DNA of 64,000 nt from an uncultured Acidobacteriota bacterium (GTDB taxonomy: Bacteria; Acidobacteriota; Blastocatellia; RBC074), in contig CAWCKY010000003.1 in assembly GCA_963796275.1 (NCBI GenBank), forward strand, positions 1,344,001 through 1,408,000, given 5' to 3'. The position numbers and the translations under genes are program-made. Below the pieces are notes generated by a model. That model was not told the origin of the DNA. It was given only the letters and a program-made list of their open reading frames with translations, and made no database searches. Shown here one piece after another: positions 1-15,891 of this stretch; within the stretch, counting starts at the first letter, position 1; each line of letters opens with the position of its first letter.

Positions 1-1
1 G

Positions 2-1156
2 CTCGATTATGTAACGCGCGAGATGACTGGACCGAACGGCGGATTCTATTCATCACAGGACGCTGACAGCGAGGGCGAAGAAGGGAAGTTCTTCGTCTGG
101 ACGCCGAATGAGGTCGCGGCGCTCATCGGCGAGGAGGATGCGCGGTTGTTCTGCCGCTATTACGATGTTTCGGAGACGGGCAATTTTGAGGGCCAGAGTA
201 TCCTCCATATCGACGAAGATATCGATGTGATTGCGAGGTTGATGAGTGTGACGAAAGAGCGTTTGACCGGGGTCATCGACCGCGGCAGGCGCATCCTGTT
301 CGAAGCTCGTGAGAAGCGCATCAAACCGCACCGCGATGAAAAAATGCTGACGGCATGGAATGGATTGATGTTGCGGAGCTTCGCAGAAGCCGGGCGCATC
401 CTCGACCGCCGTGATTATCAGGAGACGGCGATCAAGAATGCCGAGTTTATTCTCGCACATCTGCATAGAGATGGCAGGTTATTACGCACCAGCAAAGACG
501 GCGAGAGCAAGCTCAATGCGTACATAGAAGATTACGCTTATTTGATCGATGGTCTGCTCGCGCTCTATGAAGCAACTTTCGATCTGCGCTGGTTTGCTGA
601 GGCCCGCAGGCTGGCTGGGACGATGATCGAACAGTTTTGGGATAAGGAGGCGGGGGGATTTTTCTTCACCAGCGCCGACCATGAGCAGCTGATCACGCGC
701 AACAAAGATTTCTTTGACAACGCGATCCCATCCGGGAATTCGGTGGCCGCCCACGTGCTGTTGCGTTTATCGCTTTTCACCGGCGAAGAGCTTTATCGCA
801 ATATTGGCGGGCAGATTCTGAGGCTAATGAAGAACCTCATGCTGAGAGCGCCGGGCGCTTCCGGCCATCTCCTCTGCGCGCTGGATCTCTATCTAGCATC
901 GCCGTACGAAATCGCAATCGTCGGCCATCCTTCTTCGCAAGCGACCGGGGCGCTGATCGGTGAAGTCTTCAAAGTCTATCTGCCGAATAAAGTCATCGCG
1001 CTTTCTGCCCCGGGCGACCTCGTAGCCCCACAACAGATCAAACTACTGGAGAATAGGGCCGAAGTCGACGGTAAAGCTACAGCTTATGTCTGCCGCAATT
1101 TCTATTGCGAAGCCCCGGTGACGGAGCCGGAGCGGTTGAAAGCTCAGCTGGGATAG
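2..1156 (+). CDS. yyaL: Thioredoxin-domain / six-hairpin glycosidase-like protein (YyaL/SPATA20 family), 5'-truncated by window edge
   Basis: Motifs [58 protein letters not shown]; frame open to window start. Confidence 0.9.
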   Translation, partial: LDYVTREMTGPNGGFYSSQDADSEGEEGKFFVWTPNEVAALIGEEDARLFCRYYDVSETGNFEGQSILHIDEDIDVIARLMSVTKERLTGVIDRGRRILFEAREKRIKPHRDEKMLTAWNGLMLRSFAEAGRILDRRDYQETAIKNAEFILAHLHRDGRLLRTSKDGESKLNAYIEDYAYLIDGLLALYEATFDLRWFAEARRLAGTMIEQFWDKEAGGFFFTSADHEQLITRNKDFFDNAIPSGNSVAAHVLLRLSLFTGEELYRNIGGQILRLMKNLMLRAPGASGHLLCALDLYLASPYEIAIVGHPSSQATGALIGEVFKVYLPNKVIALSAPGDLVAPQQIKLLENRAEVDGKATAYVCRNFYCEAPVTEPERLKAQLG

Positions 1157-1359
1157 GAATCCCACGCGAAGATGCTAAGGCGCAAATGCCACGGGAGCTT
1201 AATTGACCCGAGTTTCGGCTATTATCTATCGTTTGCCGAACTCGGGCGGCTTACTCTCCCATACTGCACAGATCGCCTGGCGGCGAAACTCGCGCTTCTT
1301 TTTTACCTCCCCGTTGCATCTTGGCGCTTTGTTTGTTGGAAATATCCCTGTCCTGAAAA

Positions 1360-1388
1360 TTGACAGCCGCCGTCCATTTAAATAAGAT
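1360..1388 (+). promoter_or_regulatory. sigma70-type promoter for rodZ-guaB
   Basis: TTGACA-N17-TAAGAT, 78 nt upstream of the rodZ ATG. Confidence 0.55.
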
Positions 1389-1465
1389 AATTGACTATCT
1401 TCAGTAGGATCACCTTCGATAATAAGTGCTTCAAATAAATCACTAGGTAGAGTGGGCTCGGAAAG

Positions 1466-3723
<2,258 letters not shown>

Positions 3724-3726
3724 GCT

Positions 3727-3767
3727 CGGGAGGACGGGGAGAAGTAATCCCGCTCTCCCCGCCCTCC
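3727..3767. terminator. GC-rich hairpin between convergent guaB and typA
   Basis: GGGAGGACGGGGAGA...TCTCCCCGCCCTCC inverted repeat; no long U-tract. Confidence 0.5.
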
Positions 3768-3773
3768 TGCCTG

Positions 3774-5603
<1,830 letters not shown>

Positions 5604-5771
5604 TGATCTCAGATTTTATAGGAAAGCGGAACAAAAAAGGCAAAAAGACGCAGAAGGGATAAAATTTTGTCTATTTCGCCGTTTTTTGCCGGTTTTTCTT
5701 CTTCTTCAATAGATATTTGACGAAGCTGAAATTGATATTCATTCAAATTATTCGCCACGCCTGCGTGTTGA

Positions 5772-5800
5772 TTGACACCGCAGCACACGGTCGATATTTT
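5772..5800 (+). promoter_or_regulatory. sigma70-type promoter for the ferritin-like gene
   Basis: TTGACA-N17-TATTTT. Confidence 0.5.
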
Positions 5801-5861
5801 TGATTAGTTACATTGAGCAATAATAAATAGCGGTTTTGAATCCAATAGAAGGAGTGGAAAT

Positions 5862-6338
5862 ATGGCAGTACAAAATGCGAATGCGAATGTGATCGAATCC
5901 CTCAATAAAGCACTATCGCTGGAGTACTCAGCGGTCATCCAATACAACCAACATCGCTTCCTGCTGACCGGTAAGGATCGACTTGTTTATGCCGACTTTT
6001 TTCGCGATTCGAGCAAAGAGGCGCACAAACACGTGAATAACCTGGGCGACAAGATAGTGGCGCTCGGCGGAGTTCCGACGGTTGAGCCGGGAGTCATTCA
6101 CCAGGCGACATCTCTTGCAGATATGTTGAAGCAGGACCTGGAACTCGAACGAGAAGCGCTCCAGGCATATCTCAAAGCGTGGGAGGCTTCGGAAAGCGAT
6201 CGACCGCTACGGTTCTGGTTGGAAGATATCATCCGTAGCGAGCAGCTACATATCGACGAACTCGAGAAGCTCACTTCCGAACGCGAAGTCCGCTCGGATC
6301 GCGTGAACCGCGAGATTCGATTCCGCGGAGTCAGTTAA
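5862..6338 (+). CDS. Bacterioferritin/ferritin-like protein
   Basis: [40 protein letters not shown] four-helix pattern; SD GAAGGAG. Confidence 0.8.
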   Translation: MAVQNANANVIESLNKALSLEYSAVIQYNQHRFLLTGKDRLVYADFFRDSSKEAHKHVNNLGDKIVALGGVPTVEPGVIHQATSLADMLKQDLELEREALQAYLKAWEASESDRPLRFWLEDIIRSEQLHIDELEKLTSEREVRSDRVNREIRFRGVS

Positions 6339-6696
6339 TCGCGCTTCTCGCCTGATCATCAGTTTGAACAGCGGGTTGGGTCGCCGGCAGAATCGCTTGC
6401 GAATCCGACCCGCGTTGTGCAAATTCAATCACCTGGGCCGCGGAGCCAGGCGTAATCCTGCGTTCTTCGATGTGATTGCGGGTGCGTGAGAGCAACCGCT
6501 GCAACTGACCTATCTTGTCGGCGGCGATCGGTATAGTCTTCTGCTTCTGCCAACCTAAAACCTCATGCCAAGTGGATAACTGAAGCGCAACGATATCCTC
6601 TCCATCGCACTCATAGCACACAACTTCGAGCCGCGTCGCGGCCATCCCAGCATCCAGGCTTCCGATTACTTCGCGCTTTTCCAATCCCATATTCAT
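6331..6696 (-). CDS. Hypothetical protein
   Basis: ~120-aa ORF filling the gap, protein-like composition; start uncertain. Confidence 0.55.
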   Translation of the reverse strand: MNMGLEKREVIGSLDAGMAATRLEVVCYECDGEDIVALQLSTWHEVLGWQKQKTIPIAADKIGQLQRLLSRTRNHIEERRITPGSAAQVIEFAQRGSDSQAILPATQPAVQTDDQARSAIN

Positions 6697-7010
6697 TCTC
6701 AAAAGGGGCCCTGCTTATCTACCTTGCTTATCTATCCTATAGATTATTGCTATTAGATTATTGCTATTAGCTTATCGCTTTGATCATTGCTTTTGATCAT
6801 TGCTATAAATTATTGCAGTTTCAAAACTTTCATTTCGTTCTTGAATTTCGTTTTCAACTAGACAAATTATATAATCAACCGGGCTAGAGTCAAGAGGAGA
6901 TAACGGGTAAGAGCAGAAAAAGGTGAATGATGGTATTTCTGATTGCGCATTGTGGACACTTTCATTAAATTTAGGGATGAGCATAAATCTGAAAGGAAGG
7001 GGGGGGAAAT

Positions 7011-7292
7011 ATGGCTGAGGTAATCAAATGCGAACGTTGCGGGCAGAACCTGCCGGGATTGGAAAAAGCGCCATTCGGAAGCGCGCTGGGCAAAAAGATA
7101 CACGAGCAGGTTTGTCAGGCTTGTTGGAAGGCATGGCTTGCGACGCAGAATCAATTGATTAATCATTATGGTTTGAGCACGATCAACCCTGAGCATCAGC
7201 AGTTTCTGATTCAAAATATGGAGGCATTTCTCTTCGGTAGCGGGGAGCAAGCGAAGATCGACGAGAGTTTGCAGGGAACAATTTCGCATTGA
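7011..7292 (+). CDS. yggX: Fe(II)-trafficking / oxidative damage protection protein (YggX family)
   Basis: GLEKAPFGSALGKKI...W.AWL..Q..LIN.YGL...FL...MEAFLFG. Confidence 0.85.
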   Translation: MAEVIKCERCGQNLPGLEKAPFGSALGKKIHEQVCQACWKAWLATQNQLINHYGLSTINPEHQQFLIQNMEAFLFGSGEQAKIDESLQGTISH

Positions 7293-7443
7293 GCTGGCGA
7301 TCGGTTGAGCTGGAGAACACGGATAGCCGGGCGAAAGAAATGGTAAATTGACAAGGGAGGCCCTGACGTATATCTTTCGCCGGTTGATCTATAGGATCGT
7401 TTATCAGGGGTTCGCAGCATAAGTTTGCAGGATAAGCATAAGA

Positions 7444-8106
7444 TTGTTGGAGTTTATGAAGAACGAGAAATATGTGGGCATCGCGCCCGATGATGACAAT
7501 GATATAAAGGTAATCGATGATCTTTCGGTATTGCGCGGAGGAGATGAAGGGCCGGCAGGTCTGGTGGGCGAAATGCGCTCACTCTTACGAGATATAGTCT
7601 TTGCAGGCGTGATAGCCATTTTGATTGTGGTCTTTGTCGTCCAACCGGTGAGAGTTGAAGGGCAGAGCATGATGCCCAAACTGCACGATCAGGACCGCAT
7701 TTTCGTTAATAAATTCATCTATCCGCTGCGCGAGTGGCTTGGCGACCGGTATCCCATTAAACGCGGTGATATCGTTGTTCTGCTCTTCCCCAATGATCCG
7801 TCGAAATCATACATCAAGAGGGTGGTTGGGTTGCCGGGTGAGAGAGTTGAAATCCACGACGGCAAGCTCTTCATCAATAATCAGCAGATAGATGAGCCCT
7901 ACCTTGATGCGACGTACCTTTCGCACGACTCAACCCCGACTCCCGTGGAAGTGACATCTCATCATTACTTCGTTATGGGTGATAATCGGAACTACAGTAG
8001 TGACAGCCGCAGTTGGGGCCTCGTACCTGAAAAATACATCTATGGCAAGGCCATCTTCCGTTACTACCCGTTTATGCCGTTTGAGCGTGTAGGCAAGATT
8101 GAATAA
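7444..8106 (+). CDS. lepB: Signal peptidase I
   Basis: VEGQSMMP (Ser), [10 protein letters not shown] (Lys), [12 protein letters not shown]; promoter-like TTGACA-N17-TATCTT near 7348. Confidence 0.95.
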   Translation: MLEFMKNEKYVGIAPDDDNDIKVIDDLSVLRGGDEGPAGLVGEMRSLLRDIVFAGVIAILIVVFVVQPVRVEGQSMMPKLHDQDRIFVNKFIYPLREWLGDRYPIKRGDIVVLLFPNDPSKSYIKRVVGLPGERVEIHDGKLFINNQQIDEPYLDATYLSHDSTPTPVEVTSHHYFVMGDNRNYSSDSRSWGLVPEKYIYGKAIFRYYPFMPFERVGKIE

Positions 8107-8243
8107 GTCCGAAATTTGGGAAAACGAATAGACAAAGAAGGGCAAAACTGGCAAAAGCCTGGAGAGTTTGCCTCTTTTGCCCTTCTTTGTCCGTTTTGTT
8201 TCCAATGCCCCATACCAATCGAAAAAGATCAGCAAAATGATCT

Positions 8244-9521
8244 ATGGTGAGAAATCTTCGTCTATTTTTTGAGCTCTTCTGGCAGCCATTGACATCGCTT
8301 AAACGATTGCGCGATCGCGCGCCCGTCGGATTTGCGCTCACCGCGGCTTGGCTCGTGACGATGGTCTATGTGCTGATCGCCGTCGCGTTGGGTGGTTACG
8401 CTCTCTCAGCCGGGCGCGGCGTTCGGATGGCGCGTCGCATATACGGGGGGATTTTAGGGGAGATAGTTCACATCTGGATGGACAGCTTTTTACAGGCTGC
8501 AATGTGGGCGACCTTGATCGTCTTATTTATTTCGGTTATCTATGTGCCGTTCGCCATTCTGATCGCAAATCTGTTCGAACGGCGCGCCAGTTATTCGCTG
8601 GTTATCCGTGAGGAGTTCGCGTCGACGGTCTCTTGTGCTCTGGCATCGCTCTCCGTCTCCCTGTTAATTACGATACTTCCCGCAGCGGTCATTGGCTGGC
8701 AAAGCACCATACTACCGAGCGGCGCCGCGGGCGGGTATCTTTTCCTGTTGGCCTTGATTCCGGTGCCGATCTTTGCGGCGTTCATGACGCTCGCAATCGG
8801 GACCGTATTCCGGATCAGCTGGCTGGCCGCGACTTTTACGAGCCTCCTGTCATTCTTGACGCTGATCGGGATGATCCTCCTAATGCAGGCCGCGACATTC
8901 ATCTGTACCTCGCCTTTCCTTCTCCTGCTCCTCCTGTTTTTGCTGCGAGACCAGATCGACGATTTTATGAAGTCGGCACGGGCGCGCCAGTCGTTCAAAC
9001 AGAACCTCGAGGCCGCGACGCTCAACCCGGCGGACTCATCCGCCCATTACAATCTGGGGCTGCTTTATCAAACGCGCGGAGAGGATGAAGCCGCCGCAGG
9101 CGCTTTCCGTAAAGCAGTTGAGATCGATAGCCTGGAGACCGATGCGCATTATCAACTCGGACGCATTGCCAGGCAGCAGGGAAGGTTCGATGAAGCGATC
9201 GCCCATTTCGAGAGAGTCGTACAGCAGAACTCCAATCACAGCCATCACGAGGTTTGGCGCGAGACGGGGCTCGTATATTATGAAGCCGGGCAATACAAGG
9301 ATGCTCTCGCGATGTTCGATAAATTTTTGGGCGAGCGGCCTTCGGATGCGCAGGGCCGCTACTGGCGCGGGATGACTCTTTATCAATTGGGGCGACCCGC
9401 CGAGGCATCACTGGAGATGCAGGAGTGCATAGAAGCGGTCAAGACATCTCCGGCATATAAATATCGCACTGAGAGGCAATGGCTTCACCAGGCGGAGAGT
9501 TTTTTGCGCGAAAGGAAGTAA
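8244..9521 (+). CDS. Multi-pass membrane (Yip1-like) protein with C-terminal TPR repeats
   Basis: About 5 hydrophobic helices followed by AHYNLGLLY / [11 protein letters not shown] motifs. Confidence 0.8.
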   Translation: MVRNLRLFFELFWQPLTSLKRLRDRAPVGFALTAAWLVTMVYVLIAVALGGYALSAGRGVRMARRIYGGILGEIVHIWMDSFLQAAMWATLIVLFISVIYVPFAILIANLFERRASYSLVIREEFASTVSCALASLSVSLLITILPAAVIGWQSTILPSGAAGGYLFLLALIPVPIFAAFMTLAIGTVFRISWLAATFTSLLSFLTLIGMILLMQAATFICTSPFLLLLLLFLLRDQIDDFMKSARARQSFKQNLEAATLNPADSSAHYNLGLLYQTRGEDEAAAGAFRKAVEIDSLETDAHYQLGRIARQQGRFDEAIAHFERVVQQNSNHSHHEVWRETGLVYYEAGQYKDALAMFDKFLGERPSDAQGRYWRGMTLYQLGRPAEASLEMQECIEAVKTSPAYKYRTERQWLHQAESFLRERK

Positions 9522-9656
9522 TGCGTGGGGATCGCCACAAAAAAGTCACAAAACTTAGGTACAAAGGTAGGGGATGGAATAAGTCACTCTCCGGCGCCTT
9601 CCTGTTTTATCTTTGTGTTTTTTGTTGCAACCTCTCGCAATCCGTAGGGGGAGTGA

Positions 9657-10850
9657 ATGATAAATAATGCGGTTCTCGCGCTCGAAGATGGAAAGGTATT
9701 TCGCGGGCGCGGCTGGGGCGCCACTGGCGAGCGCTTCGGCGAAATAGTTTTCAATACATCTATGATGGGTTATCAGGAGATCCTTACCGATCCCTCCTAT
9801 GCCGGTCAGATCGTAACCATGACCTATCCGTTGATTGGAAACTACGGGGTGAACTTCGAAGACATCGAGTCGCGCCGGCCGTTTGTGGAGGGGTTCGTCG
9901 TTCGCGAGTACTCTGAGGTCAGCTCCAACTGGCGCGCGCGCATCTCACTTGATGAATATCTCAAGCGTCAAGGAATCGTGGGTATATCCGATATCGATAC
10001 GCGTGCGCTGGTTCGGCATATCCGCGAAAAGGGCGCAATGCGCGCCTGCCTTTCATCGATCGATCAGGACGAGAAGAGGCTCGTCGAAAAAGCGAAAAAC
10101 GCTCCCCACATGGTGGGTCGTAACCTGGTAGATGAGGTCACTTGCGGCGATCCTTATCATTGGTCGGAAGTTGTAGACGAACAGACGACGCTCGACCCGC
10201 TCACCGCCGTTCGCAAAGAGGCTGACAGTTTGCTGGTGCCGGGAGAAGAGCCTTTCCGGGTGGTAGCTTACGATTTTGGTATCAAGTACTACATTCTGCG
10301 CTATCTCGAGGCATTCGGCTGCCATGTCACGGTCGTGCCGGCTCGCACTTTGGCCGACGATGTACTGGCGCTCGCACCGGATGGCATCTTTCTTTCAAAC
10401 GGGCCGGGAGACCCCGCGGCGCTGCCGGGAATCGTCGGTGAGGTGAAGCACCTAATCGGCGCGGCGCCGGTCTTCGGAATCTGTCTCGGTCATCAATTAC
10501 TTGGTCTGGCATTCGGAGGAAAGACTTACAAGCTCAAGTTCGGTCACCGCGGAGGCAACCAGCCCGTTAAGAATTTGCAGACAGATCGTATAGAAATCAC
10601 ATCCCACAACCATGGGTTCGCGGTCGATCCTGAAAGTTTGAATCCCGGCGAAATAGAACTGACTCATTTCAATCTAAACGACAACTGCCTCGAAGGTTTT
10701 CGCCACAGATCCCTCCCTATATTTTCGGTGCAATACCATCCCGAAGCGGGCCCCGGGCCGCACGACGCGACCTATCTTTTCCGCGAGTTTATCGCAAAGA
10801 TGCGCGAACACCGCGATCAGCTTAAAAGGATCGTGCAGACGAAAAATTGA
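9657..10850 (+). CDS. carA: Carbamoyl-phosphate synthase small subunit
   Basis: [34 protein letters not shown]. Confidence 0.98.
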   Translation: MINNAVLALEDGKVFRGRGWGATGERFGEIVFNTSMMGYQEILTDPSYAGQIVTMTYPLIGNYGVNFEDIESRRPFVEGFVVREYSEVSSNWRARISLDEYLKRQGIVGISDIDTRALVRHIREKGAMRACLSSIDQDEKRLVEKAKNAPHMVGRNLVDEVTCGDPYHWSEVVDEQTTLDPLTAVRKEADSLLVPGEEPFRVVAYDFGIKYYILRYLEAFGCHVTVVPARTLADDVLALAPDGIFLSNGPGDPAALPGIVGEVKHLIGAAPVFGICLGHQLLGLAFGGKTYKLKFGHRGGNQPVKNLQTDRIEITSHNHGFAVDPESLNPGEIELTHFNLNDNCLEGFRHRSLPIFSVQYHPEAGPGPHDATYLFREFIAKMREHRDQLKRIVQTKN

Positions 10851-10875
10851 AAATCATGTTTACCGAGGAGAAGAG

Positions 10876-11622
10876 TTGAATATCTCCGCGACTATTATCG
10901 TCCGTAACGAAGAGATCAATATCGCGGCGGTCTGCGAAACGGTGGCCTGGGCGGACGAACTCATCATCGTCGATTCGGACTCGACGGACCGCACGGTCGA
11001 GATCGCGCGGCAGTACACCGACAAAATCTTCAACCGGCCCTTTCGCGGTTACAAAGACAAACACGAATTCGCGGATTCGCAGACTACCGGCGATTGGATT
11101 TTCTGGATCGATGCCGATGAAAGAGTCTCGCCGGAGTTGCGCGAATCGATTGATAACCTGAGGCTTAGTGATCCGGATACTCTGCCCGACGGTTTTCGCA
11201 TCGCGCGGCGCACACAATACCTGGGACGCTGGATCGGGCACTCCGGGTGGTATCCCGATTACCAGATGCGGCTCTATCGAAAGGCCTCAAGTTATTGGGA
11301 TGGCGTCTCTCCCCACGAGACGGCGCGCGTTCGTGGGCGGATCGAGACGTTACCCGGCCAGTTCTTCCATTACACAATCCGCGATCTGAGCGAGCATCAC
11401 CGAGTGCTGGATGAATACACGACGCTTGCGGCCGAATATCATCTTCGGAAAAATAAACTCGTCAGCGGAATTCAAATCTTCACCCTCTCGATTGCCGCTT
11501 TTCTCCGCACCTACTTGGTCAAACAAGGCTTCCGCGATGGCGTCCCGGGGTTAATTATCGCGATGTTCACGGCGTACAGTGTCTTCCTCAAATACGCCAA
11601 GATATGGGAAAGAGGTAAGTGA
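10876..11622 (+). CDS. Glycosyltransferase family 2 (KdtX/LgtF-like)
   Basis: [31 protein letters not shown]. Confidence 0.9.
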   Translation: MNISATIIVRNEEINIAAVCETVAWADELIIVDSDSTDRTVEIARQYTDKIFNRPFRGYKDKHEFADSQTTGDWIFWIDADERVSPELRESIDNLRLSDPDTLPDGFRIARRTQYLGRWIGHSGWYPDYQMRLYRKASSYWDGVSPHETARVRGRIETLPGQFFHYTIRDLSEHHRVLDEYTTLAAEYHLRKNKLVSGIQIFTLSIAAFLRTYLVKQGFRDGVPGLIIAMFTAYSVFLKYAKIWERGK

Positions 11623-11882
11623 TGATGGCTGCTCTGTTCAAATCAGGATAGAGTCCTGAGATATCTATGAGCTATTTATAAATGTCGCTACCAGAGCATA
11701 TATCCCGTAATAATTTATTTTGAATTTCAACCGTCACATTGGGTCATGAATATGATTTCGCTCTGGAAATGAACCGACTTCATTTGATATGATGCAGGAT
11801 ACTATCACGCACCTCCCGCCCACGGTTGAGCGCGATCGTACTCAAGTCTGAACGGCTGAGATATCTCGAGGATGATTGATAA

Positions 11883-12071
11883 TTTTGCGCGCGCCCGCCA
11901 CGCACTTTACGCAGGCGCGCGCCACCTCCGAGTGCGTTCAAAGCACCAATCGCACTCGGGTTTCAAGCGCGCTTAACAACGGCATTTTAACGAGCGCGCT
12001 CGAATTATCTCTACGTATTCATGACGTCTGAACTTGCCCCGTGTCGGATTACCTGAAAATAAAAATTCTCC
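11883..12071 (-). ncRNA. Putative structured RNA element, copy 1 of a tandem pair
   Basis: Three GC-rich stems; plus-strand A.C mismatches are G.U pairs on the minus strand; aligns end to end with 12121-12311. Confidence 0.55.
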
Positions 12072-12120
12072 GAGAATTTCCTACTAAAGGCGACTTGGAT
12101 AGTATTAGCGGATAGCGATC

Positions 12121-12311
12121 TTTTGCGCGCGCCCGCCTTGCACTCTAATGCAGGCGCGCGCCCCGCCGAGTGCGCTATGCGCCTAATCGCACTCGGGCTC
12201 GAGCGCGCGTAACAACGGCATTTTAACGCGCGCGCTCGAGAAAATCCTTACGTATGCATGACGCCTTGAGCCACGATGTTGTCGGATCACCTGAATATTA
12301 AAATCCTCTCC
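12121..12311 (-). ncRNA. Putative structured RNA element, copy 2 of a tandem pair
   Basis: Same three stems; T-A/G-C compensatory change versus copy 1; minus-strand TATAAT 6 nt upstream of the conserved boundary. Confidence 0.55.
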
Positions 12312-12510
12312 ATTTTGATTATATTGTACGGGACGATTGGTATGACAATATCTCAAACCTCGCATAGTACCTAACCTGTTGCCTTTCTCCATCATTCGGC
12401 CTATAAGTTCTCCAAGAAAAAATAATTTTAACAGGACTGTTCCCCGACTCCGAGACAGCCCGCAGTCCTGTGATCAATAGATATAAAAGTCCCAGCTTTG
12501 GAGGATCTAT

Positions 12511-15500
12511 ATGAGACACACACTTAAATTGATCGTTACGATCTTGATTGTGACGTTTGTGGGAACCGCTACTGCATTGGCACAGGCATCGAGTTCAACG
12601 GCAGAACTGCGCGGACAGATTACTGACGCCAACGGCGCGGTCATTCCCGGCGCGAAGGTTACTCTTCTCGACAAGGCCAAAGGGGTGAGCCGCACTGCCA
12701 CCGCCGATGTTGACGGTAATTATGCTTTTATAGGCTTGCTGCCGAGCTCTTATGATTTAAAAGTCGAAGCGCAGGGGTTTGCCGCCTCCAACACGGCGAC
12801 GGTTGAATTGACCGTCGGCCAACAGGCGAACATACCGTTTAAGCTGAGCGCCGGTGGGGTTCAGGCGACGATAGACATAGTTGCAGGCGCAGAGGTGGTT
12901 GAAACTAACCGGACAGAACAGTCTTCAACTATAGGCGCGAGACAGATCAACAGTCTGCCCATCAACCGCCGCAACTTTCTCGACTATGCGCTGCTCACGC
13001 CGGGTGTAGCCGATTCGGATAACATAGCCGATTCTTCCGATTTTCGTGTGGCTCAGACTCCACAGAGCGGGTTGTCTTTCGGCGGGAATAACGGTCGCGG
13101 GAACATGGTATCGGTGGATGGCGCGGAGACGCTCGGAGCTTCTGGCGGCGTGCAGGCTACGATCAGCCAGGAAGCTGTGCAGGAGTTTCAGGTTGTGCGC
13201 AACAGTTATAGCGCGGAGCTCGGCGGGGCTTCCGGCGGCGTGGTCAATATAGTATCAAAGTCAGGGGCCAACAGTTTCCATGGCAGCGCCTTCGGACTCT
13301 TTCGCGATCAGCGCTTCGACGCGCGTAATTTTTTCGACTACAACCCGAATGGCAAATCGTCCTTCAATCGCCAGCAATATGGAGGGTCAGTCGGCGGGCC
13401 GATCAAACAGGACAAGATCTTCTTTTTCTCCTCGGTTGAGCGGCTGAGCCAGGACAGGACTACATTCGTCAACCTGCCGATCAATACGAACCCGACGGCT
13501 TCGCAGACCGCGCTGATCAGTTATCTGAGTGGCTTCCCAGGATTACCATCAATGGTCGCTACAGGGTTGCAGACTGCTTTAACAACCACCCCGCAATCTA
13601 ACCCGGGCACCGTCAATCTCTTTACCAACGCGAGCGGGCAGTTCCCATTTAGTGATGATCAGACGCAGTTTTCGGCGCGTATCGATCGCAACTTCACCGA
13701 CCGCAGCAGTGGCTATCTCCGGTTCAACCTGACCGATTCAGTCTTCGAGAATCAGGCTGCAGGTGCACTAACTGCCGTCTCGCGCGGTCGCACAGCGGAT
13801 ACTTTCAATGGAGGCGTGGTCGGGTCACACAATTATCAGTTCAGCCCGACGACGTTTAACGAGCTGAAGCTGCAATTCAGTTATACTCGTGCGGGCTTCC
13901 TGCCGAACGATCCGAACGGACCGGAGTTGAACATCGAGGGATTCGGTTTCTTCGGCCGTGACATCTTCTTGCCTTCTCGCTCAATCGATCGTCACTTCGA
14001 TGTATATGACAACGTCACGAAGGTTATGGGCGACCACACCTTGAAATTCGGCGGTTCGATGTTCTTCAACCGGCTGGGTACAAGCAATGAGACCTATCTG
14101 GGCGGGCGATTCAGTTTCCAACCTGTTATTCCGCTCGGCAATGTCATATCGGGGAGTGTTGGAATGCAAAACCTGACATTATTGCGAAATTTCCTGCAAA
14201 CCAATCAGCCTAGTTTGTTGGCGAACCTGAATGCGCCGATAAATTCTATTCAGGCATTCAACTTGGGATTACCAGCATCCTTCCAGGGGGGCTTCGGCGA
14301 GCCGAATGCCTTTTCTTGGACGAATCGCTACGCATTCTATGTTCAAGATACGTGGAAGCTGCGGCCAAGTTTCACATTGAACTACGGGTTGCGTTATTCG
14401 CTTCACGACGAGCCGTTATTCATTCCTACGTACAGGAAGGACTTTCAGCCGCGAGTCGGCTTCTCATGGGACCCGCGGCGCGACGGCAAAACGGTGATTC
14501 GTGGCGGTGCGGGCATCTTCACCGGCTTTCTCAACAACTCGATTGCAAACGTGACTTCAGAATTGTCCGGGACGGGCGATCCGACCAACATCTTCATAGT
14601 CCTTGCGACACCGTCGTCGGCGCCGTCGTCCTTCGCTGTCTATCAGACGCTCTTGCAGCGCGGAGTGTTGGGGACCAGGCCGATATCGTTGTCTGATGTA
14701 TCGGGTCCGCCGCTCAATATTAACCCGGGTCCGGGTCAGCCACTGGAGGTGCGGTTCCGCCTTGGGCCAAACTATCGCAACCCGACGACCTACCAGGCGA
14801 GCCTCGGCGTTCAACGCGATCTCGGCGCAGGATTTTCCCTGGACCTGAGCTACCTTTATGCCCGCGGTATACATCTGTCGCGGAACCGCGATACCAATCA
14901 AATCAGCCAAACAGGTTTCAATCCGACATTCAATACTACCTGCTTCGTTCGCAACCCCAGCACCGCACCGCCGTGCATCGGGGGATCAACCGACCTCCGC
15001 GACCGGAATCGATTCCAGGACAATGTCTATGAGCAGACGGCCAATTCGTTCTATCACGGCTTCACCGTGCAGGTGCAGCGACGTTTTTCCACGAACTTCA
15101 GTCTTAACTCGCATTACACGCTGGCCAAGTCGATCGATGAAGTGACCGATTTCAACAGTGACTTTTCGGCACAGAATCCATTGAATCTGAACCTCGATCG
15201 ATCGCTATCAGCCTTCGATCAGCGCCATCGCTTTGTGGTCAGCGGCGTCTTCCAAAGCCCGTTTCAGAACGTGGCGTTGAAGCAATGGGTTTTCGCACCG
15301 ATCTTCGTCGGCCAGAGCGGCCGGCCCTTCAATTTGTTGCTGGGTTCCGATGCCAACAATGACGGGCGTTCCCAGAGCGATCGCCCGGGGCAGGCTGGAC
15401 GCAACACCGGCCTGGGCGAGGCGTATTACAGCTTCGATACGCGTCTCGGTCGCCGCTTCTTCGTCAAGGAGAGCCGTTTCCTCGAATTGACCTTCGAGGT

Positions 15501-15681
15501 CTTCAATCTGTTCAATCGCTCGAATTTGCTTGGCATCAATAATGTTGTCGGTGCCAGCTACATCGGTATAACCGACTACGATGCGCGCGGCAGTCGCGAT
15601 CGGAGGCCGACCGAACCACTAGGCTTCACGTCGGCGGCCGATGCGCGGCAAATGCAGTTCGGCGCACGGTTCATGTGGTAA
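12511..15681 (+). CDS. Oar-like TonB-dependent outer-membrane receptor with carboxypeptidase-regulatory-like N-domain
   Basis: Signal peptide; [14 protein letters not shown]; LPINRRNF; EAVQEFQV...YSAELG; QDTWK; C-terminal [11 protein letters not shown]. Confidence 0.92.
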   Translation: MRHTLKLIVTILIVTFVGTATALAQASSSTAELRGQITDANGAVIPGAKVTLLDKAKGVSRTATADVDGNYAFIGLLPSSYDLKVEAQGFAASNTATVELTVGQQANIPFKLSAGGVQATIDIVAGAEVVETNRTEQSSTIGARQINSLPINRRNFLDYALLTPGVADSDNIADSSDFRVAQTPQSGLSFGGNNGRGNMVSVDGAETLGASGGVQATISQEAVQEFQVVRNSYSAELGGASGGVVNIVSKSGANSFHGSAFGLFRDQRFDARNFFDYNPNGKSSFNRQQYGGSVGGPIKQDKIFFFSSVERLSQDRTTFVNLPINTNPTASQTALISYLSGFPGLPSMVATGLQTALTTTPQSNPGTVNLFTNASGQFPFSDDQTQFSARIDRNFTDRSSGYLRFNLTDSVFENQAAGALTAVSRGRTADTFNGGVVGSHNYQFSPTTFNELKLQFSYTRAGFLPNDPNGPELNIEGFGFFGRDIFLPSRSIDRHFDVYDNVTKVMGDHTLKFGGSMFFNRLGTSNETYLGGRFSFQPVIPLGNVISGSVGMQNLTLLRNFLQTNQPSLLANLNAPINSIQAFNLGLPASFQGGFGEPNAFSWTNRYAFYVQDTWKLRPSFTLNYGLRYSLHDEPLFIPTYRKDFQPRVGFSWDPRRDGKTVIRGGAGIFTGFLNNSIANVTSELSGTGDPTNIFIVLATPSSAPSSFAVYQTLLQRGVLGTRPISLSDVSGPPLNINPGPGQPLEVRFRLGPNYRNPTTYQASLGVQRDLGAGFSLDLSYLYARGIHLSRNRDTNQISQTGFNPTFNTTCFVRNPSTAPPCIGGSTDLRDRNRFQDNVYEQTANSFYHGFTVQVQRRFSTNFSLNSHYTLAKSIDEVTDFNSDFSAQNPLNLNLDRSLSAFDQRHRFVVSGVFQSPFQNVALKQWVFAPIFVGQSGRPFNLLLGSDANNDGRSQSDRPGQAGRNTGLGEAYYSFDTRLGRRFFVKESRFLELTFEVFNLFNRSNLLGINNVVGASYIGITDYDARGSRDRRPTEPLGFTSAADARQMQFGARFMW

Positions 15682-15891
15682 AGACGTAAGGTTTCAAGAC
15701 GAAGGGTCAAGATCGAGGGGTCAAAGATGCTACACTCTAGCTTCTTTGACCCTTGATCTTTTGATCCATCGTGTTGAGACTGTTATTTACTGCATCGACA
15801 TTGTATTGACAAATCTGAATTGCTCGGTCTTCCGCCGATACGCGGCGGGGAGGCTGAACAGGTCCATATTAACAACGGGAGAAGCATTTAA

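Noticed and set aside
12283-12300. ATCACCTGA resembling part of a TPP riboswitch upstream of a TonB receptor
   Set aside because: The CTGAGA and TAATGCC...GTAGG elements are missing, and wobble pairs favour the opposite strand
11883-12311. Tandem element as a CRISPR array or integron attC sites
   Set aside because: Only two ~190-nt units; no short repeat-spacer periodicity, cas gene, integrase or cassette ORFs
12183-12395. 70-aa minus-strand ORF across element copy 2
   Set aside because: The copies differ by frame-breaking indels and show structure-level rather than codon-level conservation
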